DNA of 64,000 bases, taken from NCBI GenBank assembly GCA_964016885.1, contig OZ024742.1, forward strand, positions 238,452,001 through 238,516,000, given 5' to 3'. Numbering within the stretch: position 1 is the first letter of the stretch; every line of letters begins with the position of its first letter. Positions 1 through 13,445 of this stretch are shown here, one piece after another. The notes beneath the pieces were generated by a model that searched no databases, was not told the origin of the DNA, and saw nothing but the letters and a program-made list of their open reading frames with translations. The translations under genes and the position numbers were made by a program. This DNA comes from Eledone cirrhosa (lineage: Eukaryota).

Positions 1-1290
1 GCAGGCATAGAGGCACACATAACAGTATACTGGAATATTTTAGAAGGTATACATAGAAATGCATGAATAAAAGAGTCAAATATTACTGGAAGGAGTTGGG
101 TGAGGTAATAATTTAGAGAGCAAATAAATGAGTAGGTGGAAAGGGTGGGTAAAGTATACACAAACAGGCACAGGTGCATTCATACATGCACACATACATA
201 CCTGTGCACATACATACACATACATGCACGTTCACATACCTGCATGTGCGCGTGCATGCATAGTCGTGTGCAGAAAGATACATGTACATATATATATATA
301 TATGCATGCATATTTATGCACATGCATATCCGTACACAGTCTCACATGAACACACACAGGCCCATGCATGTACCTATATGGAGAGGAGGTGGGGGGATTG
401 TCTGCATCCATGCTCCCACGTGAGCCCATGTGAGAAGAGGAGTTGGTAGGATTGTCTGCACATACCCACTTAAATGTATCATACATTGCAGTATTTCGAT
501 ATTGTTCTTTAGGTTTGGGTTTCAAATTCTGCTAAAATCAACTTTGAATTTCATCCTTCCAAGATCAATAAAACAAAGTACCAGTCAAGTATTAGGGTCG
601 ATTTAATCGACTTTCTCTTCCCCAAAAAATTGTTAGCCTCGTGCCTAAATCAGAAACCAATATTATCGGCAGGATTTGAACTCAGAACGCAAAGGGCTGA
701 AACTACCTGCTTTGCGGCATACAGTTACGGTCCTTTGCGTTCTGAGCTCAAATCCCGCCGAGGTCACCTTTGCCATTCCTTTTTATGGGCTTGGTAAAAT
801 AAAGTACCGGTAACGCACTGGAGTCGATTTAATTGACTTTCCTTTTCCCCTCCAATTGCTAACCTTATGTCAAAAGTAGAAACAATTATATTATCCATTA
901 CACAGATTTTACTTCATTTTGGTTTTATGTACTGTCGTCATTAAAAAATATTATTGAATAACTACAGTTTGGAAACCTTTTCCACTTGTCTATTATCACC
1001 AGTTTCTTTACCAATCAAATAAGCTGTTATGGTATTTTGATAAATGTAGCTACTAATGATAACTTGCTACATTGGTCCCAATTTAACAGCCAGGAGCAAC
1101 AACAGCAGCCAAAATCGACTTAATTAGCTCCCTTAACAAACACAGAAACCAGCTAATTCCATGTCCACTTCTATATAAATGTAACCAGAGTCAATCTTAA
1201 CTATAATAAAGAAAGGAGTGCGGGATTGCGTCCAGAATATATGTTTTTTACCCCGTTTGTAAAATAAGTTGGATTACTTTGAATAAATAA

Positions 1291-1475
1291 CTGTTTCTAC
1301 TTTAGGCACAAGGCCAGCAATTACCCAGTGCATTACTGGTACTTTATTTTATCGACCCCGTAAGGGTGAAAGGCAAAGTCAACCTCGGCGGGATTTGAAC
1401 TCAGATCGTAAGGGGACATAACTATGCTGGAAAGCATGGCGTCCGACCCTCTACCGATACTGCTAATCCACCGCC
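1291..1475 (-). mobile_element. tRNA-derived SINE, family A, full length (~185 bp)
   Basis: A-box-like head and GAGTTCAAATCC B box on the minus strand; central GACTTTGCCTTTCA...GGGGTCGATAAAATAAAGTACCAG domain; many copies in the window. Confidence 0.9.
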
Positions 1476-1493
1476 ATTACTTTGAATAAATAA

Positions 1494-1678
1494 TTGTTTC
1501 TACTTTAGGCACAAGGCCAGCAATTATCCAGTGCATTACTGGTACTTTATTTTATCGACCCCGTAAGGATGAAAGGCAAAGTAAACCTCGGCGGGATTTG
1601 AACTCAGACTGTAAAGGGACGCAACTATGCTGGAAAGCATGGCGTCCGACTCTCTACCGATACTGCCAATCCACCGCC
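1494..1678 (-). mobile_element. SINE family A, second tandem copy
   Basis: Same family; flanked by repeats of (atta)ctttgaataaataa. Confidence 0.9.
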
Positions 1679-2053
1679 CTTTGAATAAATAATGAATGAA
1701 TATTACATAATTTATGCGTTAAATTTCGTGGCTGTTGATAAAATATATTTTATAGCTTATTTTAAAATCTTTCAAATTCACTTCTTTAAAATTTTCAAAT
1801 GTCAACATTTCCGGTTAGCGGCCGTTATATTATAACATATTTAAAAAATATCGCATATATTTCCGTCGCTAATTTTCTCCTAATGCAGTTTATATATAAT
1901 ATCGTCTTTTTTAAAATGTATCATGGATTACGTTATTGATTACAGAAGACAGTGTAACATAAACTTCGTTCAATTTCTGCGTATATTGTCAATTACGATT
2001 TTATTTGATGTATCATATCTACATGTATAATATCAATATACACACTACACATG

Positions 2054-2089
2054 CTAGCAGAAAACCACCCTAGGGTGGTTTTCTGCTAG
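2054..2089. repeat. Perfect 36-bp palindrome CTAGCAGAAAACCACCCTAGGGTGGTTTTCTGCTAG
   Basis: Read directly; exact self-reverse-complement. Confidence 0.9.
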
Positions 2090-2449
2090 TAGTTATAACG
2101 ATGTATTAGAATATCTGTGATCTGGAGAAAGAAATCCTTTTACTCCTATATGAGTTCATAGAGAAAGGAGAGAAACCGATCGTTAGATACTAAGTGGGTT
2201 ATGACTGGCAGAATCGGTTCAGTAACGGGCAAACACGTCCCCAGTTCGAATCCCACTTCAGGTAATTATACTTTTTCATTCTTCCGCATTATAAAATATA
2301 TACTCTTGAATTACGGGAGTCAGTTAAATTGCTTGCACACGCAGTCAAAATATGTGGCATTGTTCCTGTTAGAAACTATCACTGCCAAATTTCACATGGA
2401 AACAGTATAATCAAATCTATTCCACATGCCACTAACATTAATGAAACTT

Positions 2450-2700
2450 AAGGGCCAGTCCACCTCGTGATCCCAGCCATCTGGATGGAGAAGACATTGC
2501 CCCGGATGATGGCGAGGGAGACGCGTTGGAAGAGCCACTCCATCTCATCAGGCTCACCCTAGCGGGTAGCCAACTCCGCTTCGTTAGCAGTGATTATTGA
2601 TGTGGTCCGCGGCCCAAGAACACCGAAAGCCTCCACTGCCTCAGGCTTAACAACAAACCTATCACAATGCGGCTTATACTTTGACAAACTATTAGAAACT
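2450..2700 (-). mobile_element. 3' fragment of a CRE-like (restriction-like endonuclease) non-LTR retrotransposon
   Basis: Minus-strand translation SKYKPHCDRFVVKPEAVEAFGVLGP...*GEPDEMEWLFQRVSLAIIRGNV, the typical CRE C-terminus; internal stop. Confidence 0.75.
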
Positions 2701-3321
2701 ATTCAATGATATTGACGAGTCAGCAATACATTTCCTCATCACTTACCACCCCGTCACGATACAGTAAAGAAAGAAAGAAAGCAACGTGTTAATCGTCAGA
2801 TTGGACTGAGGAAACTGTTTCATTTGTTTTTCCATTGCTGATACTGATACTGATACTATCTATTAGTCGCAACTTTAAGCCTGGCAGAAGCGTCATCGCT
2901 TTTGCGGTGATAAGAGACGGGATTTGAATTTTCCTCGATGCTGAGACAGCTGTGACGTGATCACGGCTTGAAATACTCTCAGCGGGTTAATATGTATGTT
3001 TATCATTCATAAATATATTGTATATAAGTTCACATACACCTTTTTTCTGAATCACGCTGTGTTAGTATTAACGCTAACACTACCTAAATTTGTAAATAAG
3101 CTGCCAACCAAAACAATTTGTTTTCAAAATATATTAAGCATCACTGATTTTTATGCGTTAGTGACTCGGCGTGACTGATGATGAAAAATAATTCTGAAAT
3201 ATATGTTTACAACACTCTTATATTGGAACTTAGCTGTGATATGATCCCGGCTTAAATACTCACAGCGAGTACTATATATAAACATCGCTGTATATGTAAT
3301 CATAACCGCCGCTATTAATTA

Positions 3322-3482
3322 TAATTGTTTCTACTTTTTGGCACAAGGCCAGCAATTACCCAGTGCATTACTGGTACTTTATTTTATCGACCCCGTAAGG
3401 ATGAAACGCAAAGTTAACCTCGGCGGGATTTGAACTCAGAATGGCAAGGGCTGTAACTGTATGCGTCAACGCATGGCGTCCC
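3322..3482 (-). mobile_element. SINE family A, 5'-truncated
   Basis: Sequence match to the 1291-1475 copy. Confidence 0.85.
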
Positions 3483-4624
3483 ACATACCCTAATATTATT
3501 CCTGGTTCTATAATGCAGAATTGTTTATTTTAAAGTGTTTATATTTATCGAAATATTCTCCATTATAATTTTAGTTAAGAATCTTTGTTAGTGTTATTAA
3601 ACACCAGCATAATAATGAAAAAGATAGTTATATTACTAAATCTCGCCAAATTTTTGTTTATTTTTCAAAGTTATTTGAAAATCATAGGCAGCATCTTTCA
3701 TTAGAAATATGGTAAAGACAACATATTTAATGTCTATTACACTTAAAACTGTTAAGTCACTTATTCCCTTACTAGCTAAATATTATAACACTTTCGTTAA
3801 CATTTTTAATGAAAGACATTGCCTGTGATTTACTAATACTTTCGAACATAATCAAGAATTTGCAGGGATTTAGTTATGTAACTAACTTTCCCATTATTAC
3901 GCTGTTGCTTTGAAAATAACTTAAATGTTTTTACATAAAAATATGATGGACGGTATTTAGATAAATATAAACACTTTCATTAAACGATTTTGTATCATGG
4001 AGCCAGGAGTGGTTTCAGGCGAGTTGATATCAAAAGGTTTAATCATATTGTATGGTGTTTTATATTTGTCTTAATAAACTGTCATTAAGTTATCGATCTG
4101 TGATTACGGGCTGATTCCTGATTTGTGTGCACAGAGGGATTAACCACTAAGCGACCACTAAGGGATCAATAAGTGATCAATAATTGACCGATAATAAAAA
4201 GACCAGAACGGTCATCAAAATATTGTAACCAATAGATGAACCGTAAGTTGTGTTACTTATGTGACCAAGTGACTATGTAACCTGGTGGTCAAGTCAAGCC
4301 AACTATTTGGGGGTAGGGGAAAGTCGATTAAATCTAAACAGCTGTGATGTGCCGATGACCAATTGTCATCCATTTGTTCAAAAATGGCATCGAGGAACAA
4401 TCAACATGTTTCTGGGTCATCACCATTCATCAGGACTGTTTATTTCTTTGCCAATCTGTTGAACAGTGGAAAATATGTAGAATTTTTTGAAGTATACATC
4501 GGCTGATTAGCTTCATTTACATACCGAGCGAGTTACGCCTGACCTTTGAAGACAACAGCCAGTCAGACAGTAACAGGGGACAACCCAACTGCTATTTTGG
4601 TTGCTACTGCCACCACACCACCAA

Positions 4625-4627
<3 letters not shown>

Positions 4628-4700
<73 letters not shown>
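4628..4700. repeat. (GA)n microsatellite
   Basis: Direct reading. Confidence 0.95.
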
Positions 4701-4701
<1 letters not shown>

Positions 4702-4784
4702 GAAAATGTGAATTTTTATATATATGTAAACTATGTTCTCTAATATACACATCAATTTTATTATACACTTTTTATCATATTTCC

Positions 4785-5406
<622 letters not shown>

Positions 5407-5731
5407 TGTATGTATAGTATATTTGGCAATATACTGTATGTTTAATTAAAAACATTTTGAAGACCATTCGCTATGAGTTTTAAAGTAGTGACTATGTCAC
5501 TTACTTATTCTCGGCGAAAGCAAAGGAGAGTAATCGACAGTCCTGTTTCTCGCTCATTAGCGTTTATCAAGACCACTCAGCCCTTCGCTTCTGCCGATAG
5601 TTATAAAAGCTGGATACTTATAGAATTCCAGTAATATTTAAGAGCAGATTAAACAGCGGTTGCCGGTCCAGCAAAAATTAGGTATTAGTGTGGTGCTCTG
5701 AAATAGCGATGTAAACATGAATGTATGTATA

Positions 5732-5770
<39 letters not shown>

Positions 5771-5775
5771 GTGTG

Positions 5776-5915
<140 letters not shown>

Positions 5916-7026
5916 GTGTGTATGTATATATATATATATAAAATCTTCGTAAGAACAGGGTCTACACATATATTCAAATCGATTTATCCAAATTATAAAC
6001 AATATCTCCGTTGACAGTTTTAAATCATAGTCATTTATTGAAGTTTATCACTCCGTTCCTGTAGGGAAGGCTGGTAAAAGCTTTCTTCTGGGCCTGTGCA
6101 ACGTATTTCAAGAACTTGATTTGTCAACCTGCCAAATTCAAAGTTGATATTATTTTATTTGGGATAAGTGGAGGGGGTGCAGAGTGTAGTGCAAGTCTAG
6201 GGTGCTGAATGCTCAGGTGCTGGTTATGAGTATCCTCTCATGGAGTATCTATTGTGTTATATTTTCACCAAGGGCTTTGGTAAATTTTAAGTAGCTTTCA
6301 AAGACTTTCCACAAATTGTTGTCAAGATCTGAGACAATTCTATAGAGAGAACGACGTTGTTCTAAGGATCTTTTTCTGCATTTGTCTTTAGCAAAAGATT
6401 ATATCAACTGTTTCACGATCAGCTTCAAACCTACATGACATTTAATTGGCAGAAACGTTAGAGTGTCGGCATTTGTTCTGACTCGATAAACTCCGAGTTC
6501 AAATCCCGCTGAGGTTAACCATCAGTGGATCGATAAATAAAGCACCATCCCAGAGTCGGTGAACTGGCGAAACTGTTTAAGACACGAACCAGCTGATTTG
6601 CTGCATCTGATCCGACTCTGTACCTTCTGCGTTCAAATCCTTTATCTTTCTGTTGGGAGTTGCATCTGGTAGATAGTTTCAACAATGGAATGACTAATAG
6701 AAACCGATCATGTTCTTTTTTTAAATACACGTTGGTTTTCCGGAAATATTCGTCCTCTTGAGATCAGATTTTAGGAGAATATTTCTACCAATGGAGAGAA
6801 AAGAGATACCTCAGTGGTTTCTCTGAAATTCTTCTGTTTGAAAGATTGCAATTTTTCAAATTTGCGGGGGTTTTCCGTGTGTGGGGGATGGAGTACGTGT
6901 GGGCGTATGCAGATAAGAGTTATAAGACTACTCAAGTACCAGTCAACTAAGTTACATATGTGACATGTATGGGGTCACTATCAGTAAATGTGAATTTTAT
7001 ACCTATAAATTTACAAACCAACGTTA

Positions 7027-7114
<88 letters not shown>

Positions 7115-7411
7115 TAAAAGAGTGAAGAATAACATGGTCGGCTGAACAATAGGGTTTATTTAAAGAATTAACAATGGTTTCATTAGTCCGGTGTGTCTAA
7201 AAATCGCTAATCGTTAAAAGTCACGTCACTCGATTTTAATTACAGTCGATACCCGATCAAATCATCAGAATACTGATCTGTATACATGATAAACCGGCCA
7301 CCCGACTAAAAAGACTTCTTGTTGAGTCAAACAAAGCCGAACATTAAAATTATCCTCGATGCAGAGTACTCATAACCTCTACTTGGATTACCTTAAATGA
7401 TATCTTGTTAT

Positions 7412-7460
<49 letters not shown>

Positions 7461-8009
7461 CGTGTACTTCAATCAAGGCAGTTATCTATATATCATATAT
7501 TGAGAGATACAGTGTGTATGAGTCCATGTGTGTATACTTGAATGTATGTACACTTTTTCACTTAGTTCGTAGACTGCCTGCGCGTACGTGTGTGTGTGTG
7601 TGTGTGTGAATGTGTTTGTAACATACGTAACTATATGTGCTTATATTTATGAATATGCACGTATGCTGTATCTATGCGTGTGTGAGCCTGTGTGCGTATG
7701 TAATTATGTATGTATGAGTAATTTAATGTCTCTATCTTTTTTTCTTCTATAACAAATGAGAAATCCCCAGTTTAACTATGACAGATATATATATATATAT
7801 AACATCACTCATCATAACAAATATATATAATATATACAGAACGTCTCGCATCGTAGTAAATATAACTTCTAAGGGAAAAACGGAGAGGCAATCCGCCTAC
7901 GCTACCAATTTCCAATATATCGATTTCCTGGTGAGAGTCTTTGAATTCCTGGATACATTTTTGTTTCAATAATGACTAGTTTGTGTGTGTGTGTGTTTTT
8001 TTGTGTGTG

Positions 8010-8067
<58 letters not shown>

Positions 8068-8489
8068 AGTGTGTGTGTGTGAGTATGTGCGTGTGTGTGA
8101 GAGAGTGTGTGAGTGTATATGCGTGTGTCAAAGAATGCAATTTAATTGGCAGAAAATATAGTTTTGCTAACATGACGTCAAAAGGCGTTTTATAACATTT
8201 TTCTGATCAAAGATTAATACCTTTCCGTGATCATATCAGATACCATAAACACAATTCTTCATATACTATCAAAGACATTTGCTAAAAATAAAGAATATGT
8301 TGGAATGATTTCAGTTAAATGTTAAAGTATACATTAACCCTGAAAAATCCCTTTCATTTACAAGATTAATCTATATAAATAAATGATTTTCCATTGCCAA
8401 TATTTTTTTCTCTCAATATGTCTGAAGTTAAAGCTGTCTTTAAGCTGGTGTATTCTCTCACAGATATTTGTATTTAGAATGCTTTATAT

Positions 8490-8760
8490 ACTAGTTGTTA
8501 GCGTGTTGGACTTACGATCATAAAGCCATCTATTCTATATTTGGACCAGGCGGCAAAGTGTGTCCTTCAGCAATACGCTTCATTTCAAGTTTGCTCCAGT
8601 CAACTCAGCTGGAGAAAATGAGCACTTGAGTATGTATGTATGTGAACTGGGGGTTAACCAATGCAACGAACTGACGTCTTTCCATCATAAGAAGAACGTA
8701 TCATTAAAATACCTGAGACCCCCACCCCACCTCTATAAGATACAACTTCATAGAAGGTCA
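8490..8760 (+). mobile_element. Degenerate tRNA-derived SINE, family B
   Basis: gtgtccttcagcaa...catttcaagtttgctccagtcaactcagctgg central domain shared with the full-length copy at 63366-63705. Confidence 0.65.
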
Positions 8761-9700
8761 GCTGAATCTACATAGGCATAAGTTGTAACAACAACAACAA
8801 CAACAACAACATAGGAAGCCAGATAAACCTATAGAGGTGTGAACTGTAACAAGAGCAACAACATATGAGGCCAATGAAACCTACATAGGTATTAAGTGTA
8901 ACACCATAGGACGCAAGTAAGACTTATATAGGTCTGAGTTTTAATAACATATAGGTGTGAGCTATAACAACATAGGTCAGTTAAACCTAGATAGGTGTGA
9001 GCTATAACAACATAGGAGGTCAGTTAAACCTACATAAGTGTGAGCTGTAACAACATAGGAGGTCAGCCAAACCCACATAGGTGTGAGCTATAACAACATA
9101 GGAGGTCAGTTAAACCTACATAGGTGTGAGCTATAACAACATAGAGGGTCAGCCAAACCCATATAGGCGTGAGCTATAACAACATAGGTCAGTCAAACCT
9201 ACATAGGTGTGAGCTATAACAACATAGGTCAGTTAAACATACATAGGTGTGAGCTGTAACAACATAGGGGGTCAGTTAAACCTACATAGGTGTGAACTGT
9301 AACAACATTGGTCAGCCAAACCCACATAGGTGTGAGCTATAACAACATAGGTCAGTCAAACCTACATAGGTGTGAGCTGTAACAACATAGGTCAGCCAAA
9401 CCTACATAGGTGTGAGCTGTAACAACATAGGAGGTCAGCTAAACCTGTAATAACAACATAGGGGGTCAGTTAAACCTACATAGGTGTGAGCTGTAACAAC
9501 ATAGGGGGTCAGTTAAACCTACATAGGTGTGAGCTGTAACAACATAGGGGGTCAGTTAAACCTACATAGGTGTGAGCTGTAACAACATAGGTCAGCCAAA
9601 CCTACATAGGTGTGAGCTGTAACAACATAGGAGGTCAGCTAAACCTGTAACAACAACATAGGGGGTCAGTTAAACCTACATAGGTGCGAACTGTAACAGC
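8749..9700 (+). repeat. Minisatellite, ~41-44-bp unit AACAACATAG(GAG)GTCAGTTAAACCTACATAGGTGTGAGCTGT, about 20 copies
   Basis: Direct head-to-tail repeats without unique spacers. Confidence 0.95.
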
Positions 9701-10105
9701 AATAAACATCATTTTTGATGTTCATGTTATTTTGTATAAAACCGCTGTGAGGCTAAATCCATGATCAGTATTTTGAAAATTCACATTGGGACTATATTGT
9801 TTCGTGTATTTAAAATTGAATTTCGCAATTGTCAATCGATTATTGGTGATAACGGTTTCAAGACAAGAATCAATTGTTTATTAGGCGATGAAATATATGT
9901 TAATGCTTGGAATGAACCCTATTATATTGCTTAACCGTGTTAATCCTCATTTTACCTGTTACTACTACTCCAAGAACTACCAATCACGGAACTTTCAGGA
10001 ATCTACCCTCCGAAAAACCTAAGTAAACAACTTGTTGAGTCAACTAGCACCGAACGCTGAAATATTCCTCGGTACAGAACCTTAAACGATAACTCATTCA
10101 CTTTG

Positions 10106-10137
<32 letters not shown>

Positions 10138-10198
10138 TTCGTTTCTGAATTTGTTTAGCAAGATTCTTTATCTGAAAACGTGTGTTGAAACCGATATT

Positions 10199-10701
10199 GT
10201 TATACTTTGGGAGGGTCATGTTGCCAATAAGAAACACACGCACCAGTTGCTTTCACTTCAATTTATTATAATAAATTTATAAATTTAGGAATTTATAAAT
10301 TTTCGGTTGGTTGGTTGGTTCCACACCCAGATGATTGTTTATATATTGTCAAAGTTCTTTCGTAACACATTCTGTGACCTCTTCAGTGACTGGGGATTCT
10401 TTTCTTTGTTTTTGTGCCTCTCCTTTGTTCTGTCCTACGCCATCCTACACACAAAAACAAGATGGCATAGGACAGAACAAAGGAGAGGCACAAAAACAAA
10501 GAAAAGAATCCCCAGTCACTGAAGAGGTCACAGAATGTGTGACGAAAGAACTTTGACAATATATAAACAATCATCTGGTTGTGGAACCAACCAACCAACC
10601 GGAAATTTATAAATTCCTAAATTTATAAATTTATTATAATAAATTGAAGTGAAAGCACTGGTGCGTGTGTTTCTTATTGGCAACATGACCCTCCCAAAGT
10701 A

Positions 10702-10705
<4 letters not shown>
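10199..10705. repeat. Long fold-back: ~245-bp arms, 16-nt spacer (10445-10460), a few mismatches; likely Penelope-like terminal relic
   Basis: Arms are reverse complements with about 5 differences; (TA)n flanks; contains a hammerhead motif. Confidence 0.9.
10515..10557 (+). ncRNA. Minimal type I hammerhead ribozyme motif (mirror copy on the minus strand at 10348-10390)
   Basis: GTCA-CTGAAGA-G-GTCACA(GAATG)TGTGAC-GAAA-GAAC-TT-TGAC: stems I and II and both core boxes present; stem III minimal. Confidence 0.65.
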
Positions 10706-10756
<51 letters not shown>

Positions 10757-10758
<2 letters not shown>

Positions 10759-10857
10759 AACCAGTAAGACCCCGACAGCTGAGCTCAAGCCGTTTCGACG
10801 GCTAATTCTTAGCCGTCGAAACGGCTTGAGCTCAGCTGTCGGGGTCTTACTGGTTCC
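10757..10857. repeat. Perfect hairpin (49-bp arms, 3-nt loop) built from the 3' half of a hammerhead-like motif
   Basis: Exact inverted repeat containing GAAA-CGGCT...AGCTG-TC-GGGGT; related copy at ~11093-11130. Confidence 0.88.
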
Positions 10858-10936
10858 CATTACCCACTCTACTACCTCAAGTATTGAGTACTTTGGTGCG
10901 TTATGGTCCACCTGGTTCCTTACCACATTTCCTTCG

Positions 10937-10980
<44 letters not shown>

Positions 10981-11005
10981 CTAAACCATATATATATATA
11001 TATAT

Positions 11006-11058
<53 letters not shown>

Positions 11059-11278
11059 GTTATATATATATATATATGGTTTAGTTCGGATCTAGCTGTC
11101 GAAACGGCCAGAGCTCAGCCGTCGGGGTCTAAAAACCACAAACCCTCCATCTCAATTCTACTTTTGAAAAGCAGAACTGCGAAACCGATAAAGGAACCAA
11201 ATAAATATATATATTTTAAAAAAAAGATTCCAGTTGCATTTTCGATTTCATCTTTTTACTTATATATATCTATATCTA

Positions 11279-11321
<43 letters not shown>

Positions 11322-12679
11322 TCTGTGTGTGAGAGAGAGGTGGGGGGGGGGGGTTTAGAAATAATCAGATTTGTGTTTGGGCGCGTTGTGAAACCAATTG
11401 GAGAAGAAAACTCAGTAAGAACCTGCTTCTTCGTCTGTAATTATATTGTTGATATCAAAGTAATATTTGGAGAATAGTTTCAAGCAGGTGGCTGTATTGG
11501 TCCTACAAATTAGATTCTGTTATGTAGTTAGCCTGTAATTCTTCGTTTAGTAATTGGTTTTCTTCTTGGCTAATAGCTTTGTTGCACCCCTTAATGCGAA
11601 CGAGCTTGTATAGATTTTTCTCACCGAAAGTACATTGAAGAAATTTGATAAGATGTCTCCAAGTTAGTTCCTAATTGTTATTTCCGCTTACAACAAAGTA
11701 CGAGGCATCATGAACATGTTTCAATTAATATATGAGAATATTCATGATCGTTTTTTTTTTCTGTTGTTTTTTTTTTTGTTTTTTGTTTTTTGTTTTTTTT
11801 TGTTTTTTGTTTTTGGCCAATTACTTCCCAAGAGAGGCCATCTGCTTGGGAAGAGGTGTGCTATCTTCCGTTCGTAGCTTCTGACATATTCATCATCGCT
11901 TTAGAGGTTACAGTGATGGAATTTGAACTCACAACGTACATAGCTGAAACAGATGCCGCAAATCATCCCCTCCTACTCTTTAACAGTTCCGCCAATCCAC
12001 CACCTCTGAATTAATATTTTATTTATCGACTCCGTAAAGAAGGAATGCAATGTACTTAGTAACTCTTAAAGTCTTTAGTCTCGTACCGTAAACTTACACA
12101 AAGATCTGTTCACTAGTAAAGATTTGAATTAACAGGCATGTATAATTTTCTGCTAAATAATTAGACGATATTAAAATTTAAAGAGGAAATCTACTGAAAA
12201 ACCTATTGAGTCACACTCCAATGGCGAGATCAAGAGGGAAATACTCTGCTTCAAGAGCAACTAAGGAGAACCATAATAATGTCACCAGATTGATTTCATA
12301 AACAGAAAGTTTCATGAACAATACGTCCTTCTTTTATAAAAATAATTAGTCGTTTACTATAGAGTAAAAAATATATAGAGACGAGCGACAGTAACATCAT
12401 AAACAAAAACTGCTCCTGAATTAGATAAAAGAATAAATACTAACGGAAGTAGATGTGGCGGCCTCCTTCTAATACCTTTTGAGGCAAGTCTGTCAGCGTG
12501 ACCGCGACTGATAGTGAGATTAAGGTGATGGGACAACCAAAGACGTCCGGAGAGTATGTGAACCAAAATGAAATGTAGAAATGAGGAATTGGAGAAATAA
12601 AGTTAATAGTAAAAAAAATTCCAGCAACGTCGTTTAAGAATTTTATTGCCAAAGACAATGCATATGATTTCCAATTTGG

Positions 12680-12968
12680 TCATAGTCAGTGCTCCCTTCC
12701 AATTCCGCGGTGAATGTGGGTGTCACTGCTTCCGTTGCCGAGCGGAATAAAATACCAGGACTTATCAAATAATTTTTTCCAGCCTGTGGTGTACGAGACG
12801 TCCGGTGGAGTTGGGCCGCTGACAGCGAAGTTCTTGTCTTCACTGGAGGCTCACTTTACTGAGATGTCAGGTGATGCCCGTGAGGGTGCCTGGTTATTTC
12901 AGAGCCTTAGCCTCGCCATCACCCGTGGTAATGCTTGCGAGCGTGTTGGCTTGCCTGAAAGTGTGTAA
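12680..12968 (+). mobile_element. 3' fragment of a CRE-like non-LTR retrotransposon (RLE C-terminus)
   Basis: KYQDLSNNFFQPVVYETSGGVGP...SGDAREGAWLFQSLSLAITRGNA. Confidence 0.8.
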
Positions 12969-12989
12969 TAAGCCCCTATATTTGTAAGT

Positions 12990-13445
12990 CCTGGGGGTTT
13001 GGTTATGTATTTGTCTGCGTGCTTTTTTATCATTTCCAGAGCATTTTCTTTTTCCACATTGGAGTTATTTCTATCTCTAGATCTATATATTTAGAGAGTT
13101 TCTCTATTTCCTTGGAAATATATATGGTCATCAGTGGGAATGATATATCTATTAGAAGGCATTTTTTTCATTGTGGTCTTTGACTATAATATCTGGTCGG
13201 TTAGTTTTGATCTCTCTGTCTGTATGTATTGGCATATCCCATAGCATGGTTGCTCTGACACTTTTTCTGGTGTGTGTTTGTACCATAATTTTTCTGTTGG
13301 TTTTTCATAATTCTGGCTGGCATAATTTCCAGTGTATGAAGGTTCCAACTCTTTCATGCCTGTGGATATATTCCTTTTTGGCTAAAGCTAGGCATCCAGA
13401 AACAACGTGATTGATTGTTTCTTCACTATCTCCACATTCTACAGT
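12990..13445 (-). mobile_element. R4/Dong-like non-LTR retrotransposon fragment (zinc knuckle plus restriction-like endonuclease), frameshifted
   Basis: Minus translation CGDSEETINHVVSGCLALAKKEYIHRHERVGTFIHWKLC...MLWDMPIHTDREIKTNRPDIIVKD...LLIDIS. Confidence 0.8.

Noticed and set aside
113-525. Overlapping His/Thr/Cys-rich ORFs
   Set aside because: Degenerate (CA/TA)n low-complexity sequence with no domain.
7109-7415. Solo LTR between (GT)n and (TA)n
   Set aside because: Only a TG start and a minus-strand AATAAA; no TSD or second copy to support it.
8749-9700. CRISPR-like regular array
   Set aside because: Units abut head-to-tail with no unique spacers, there are no cas genes, and the context is eukaryotic.
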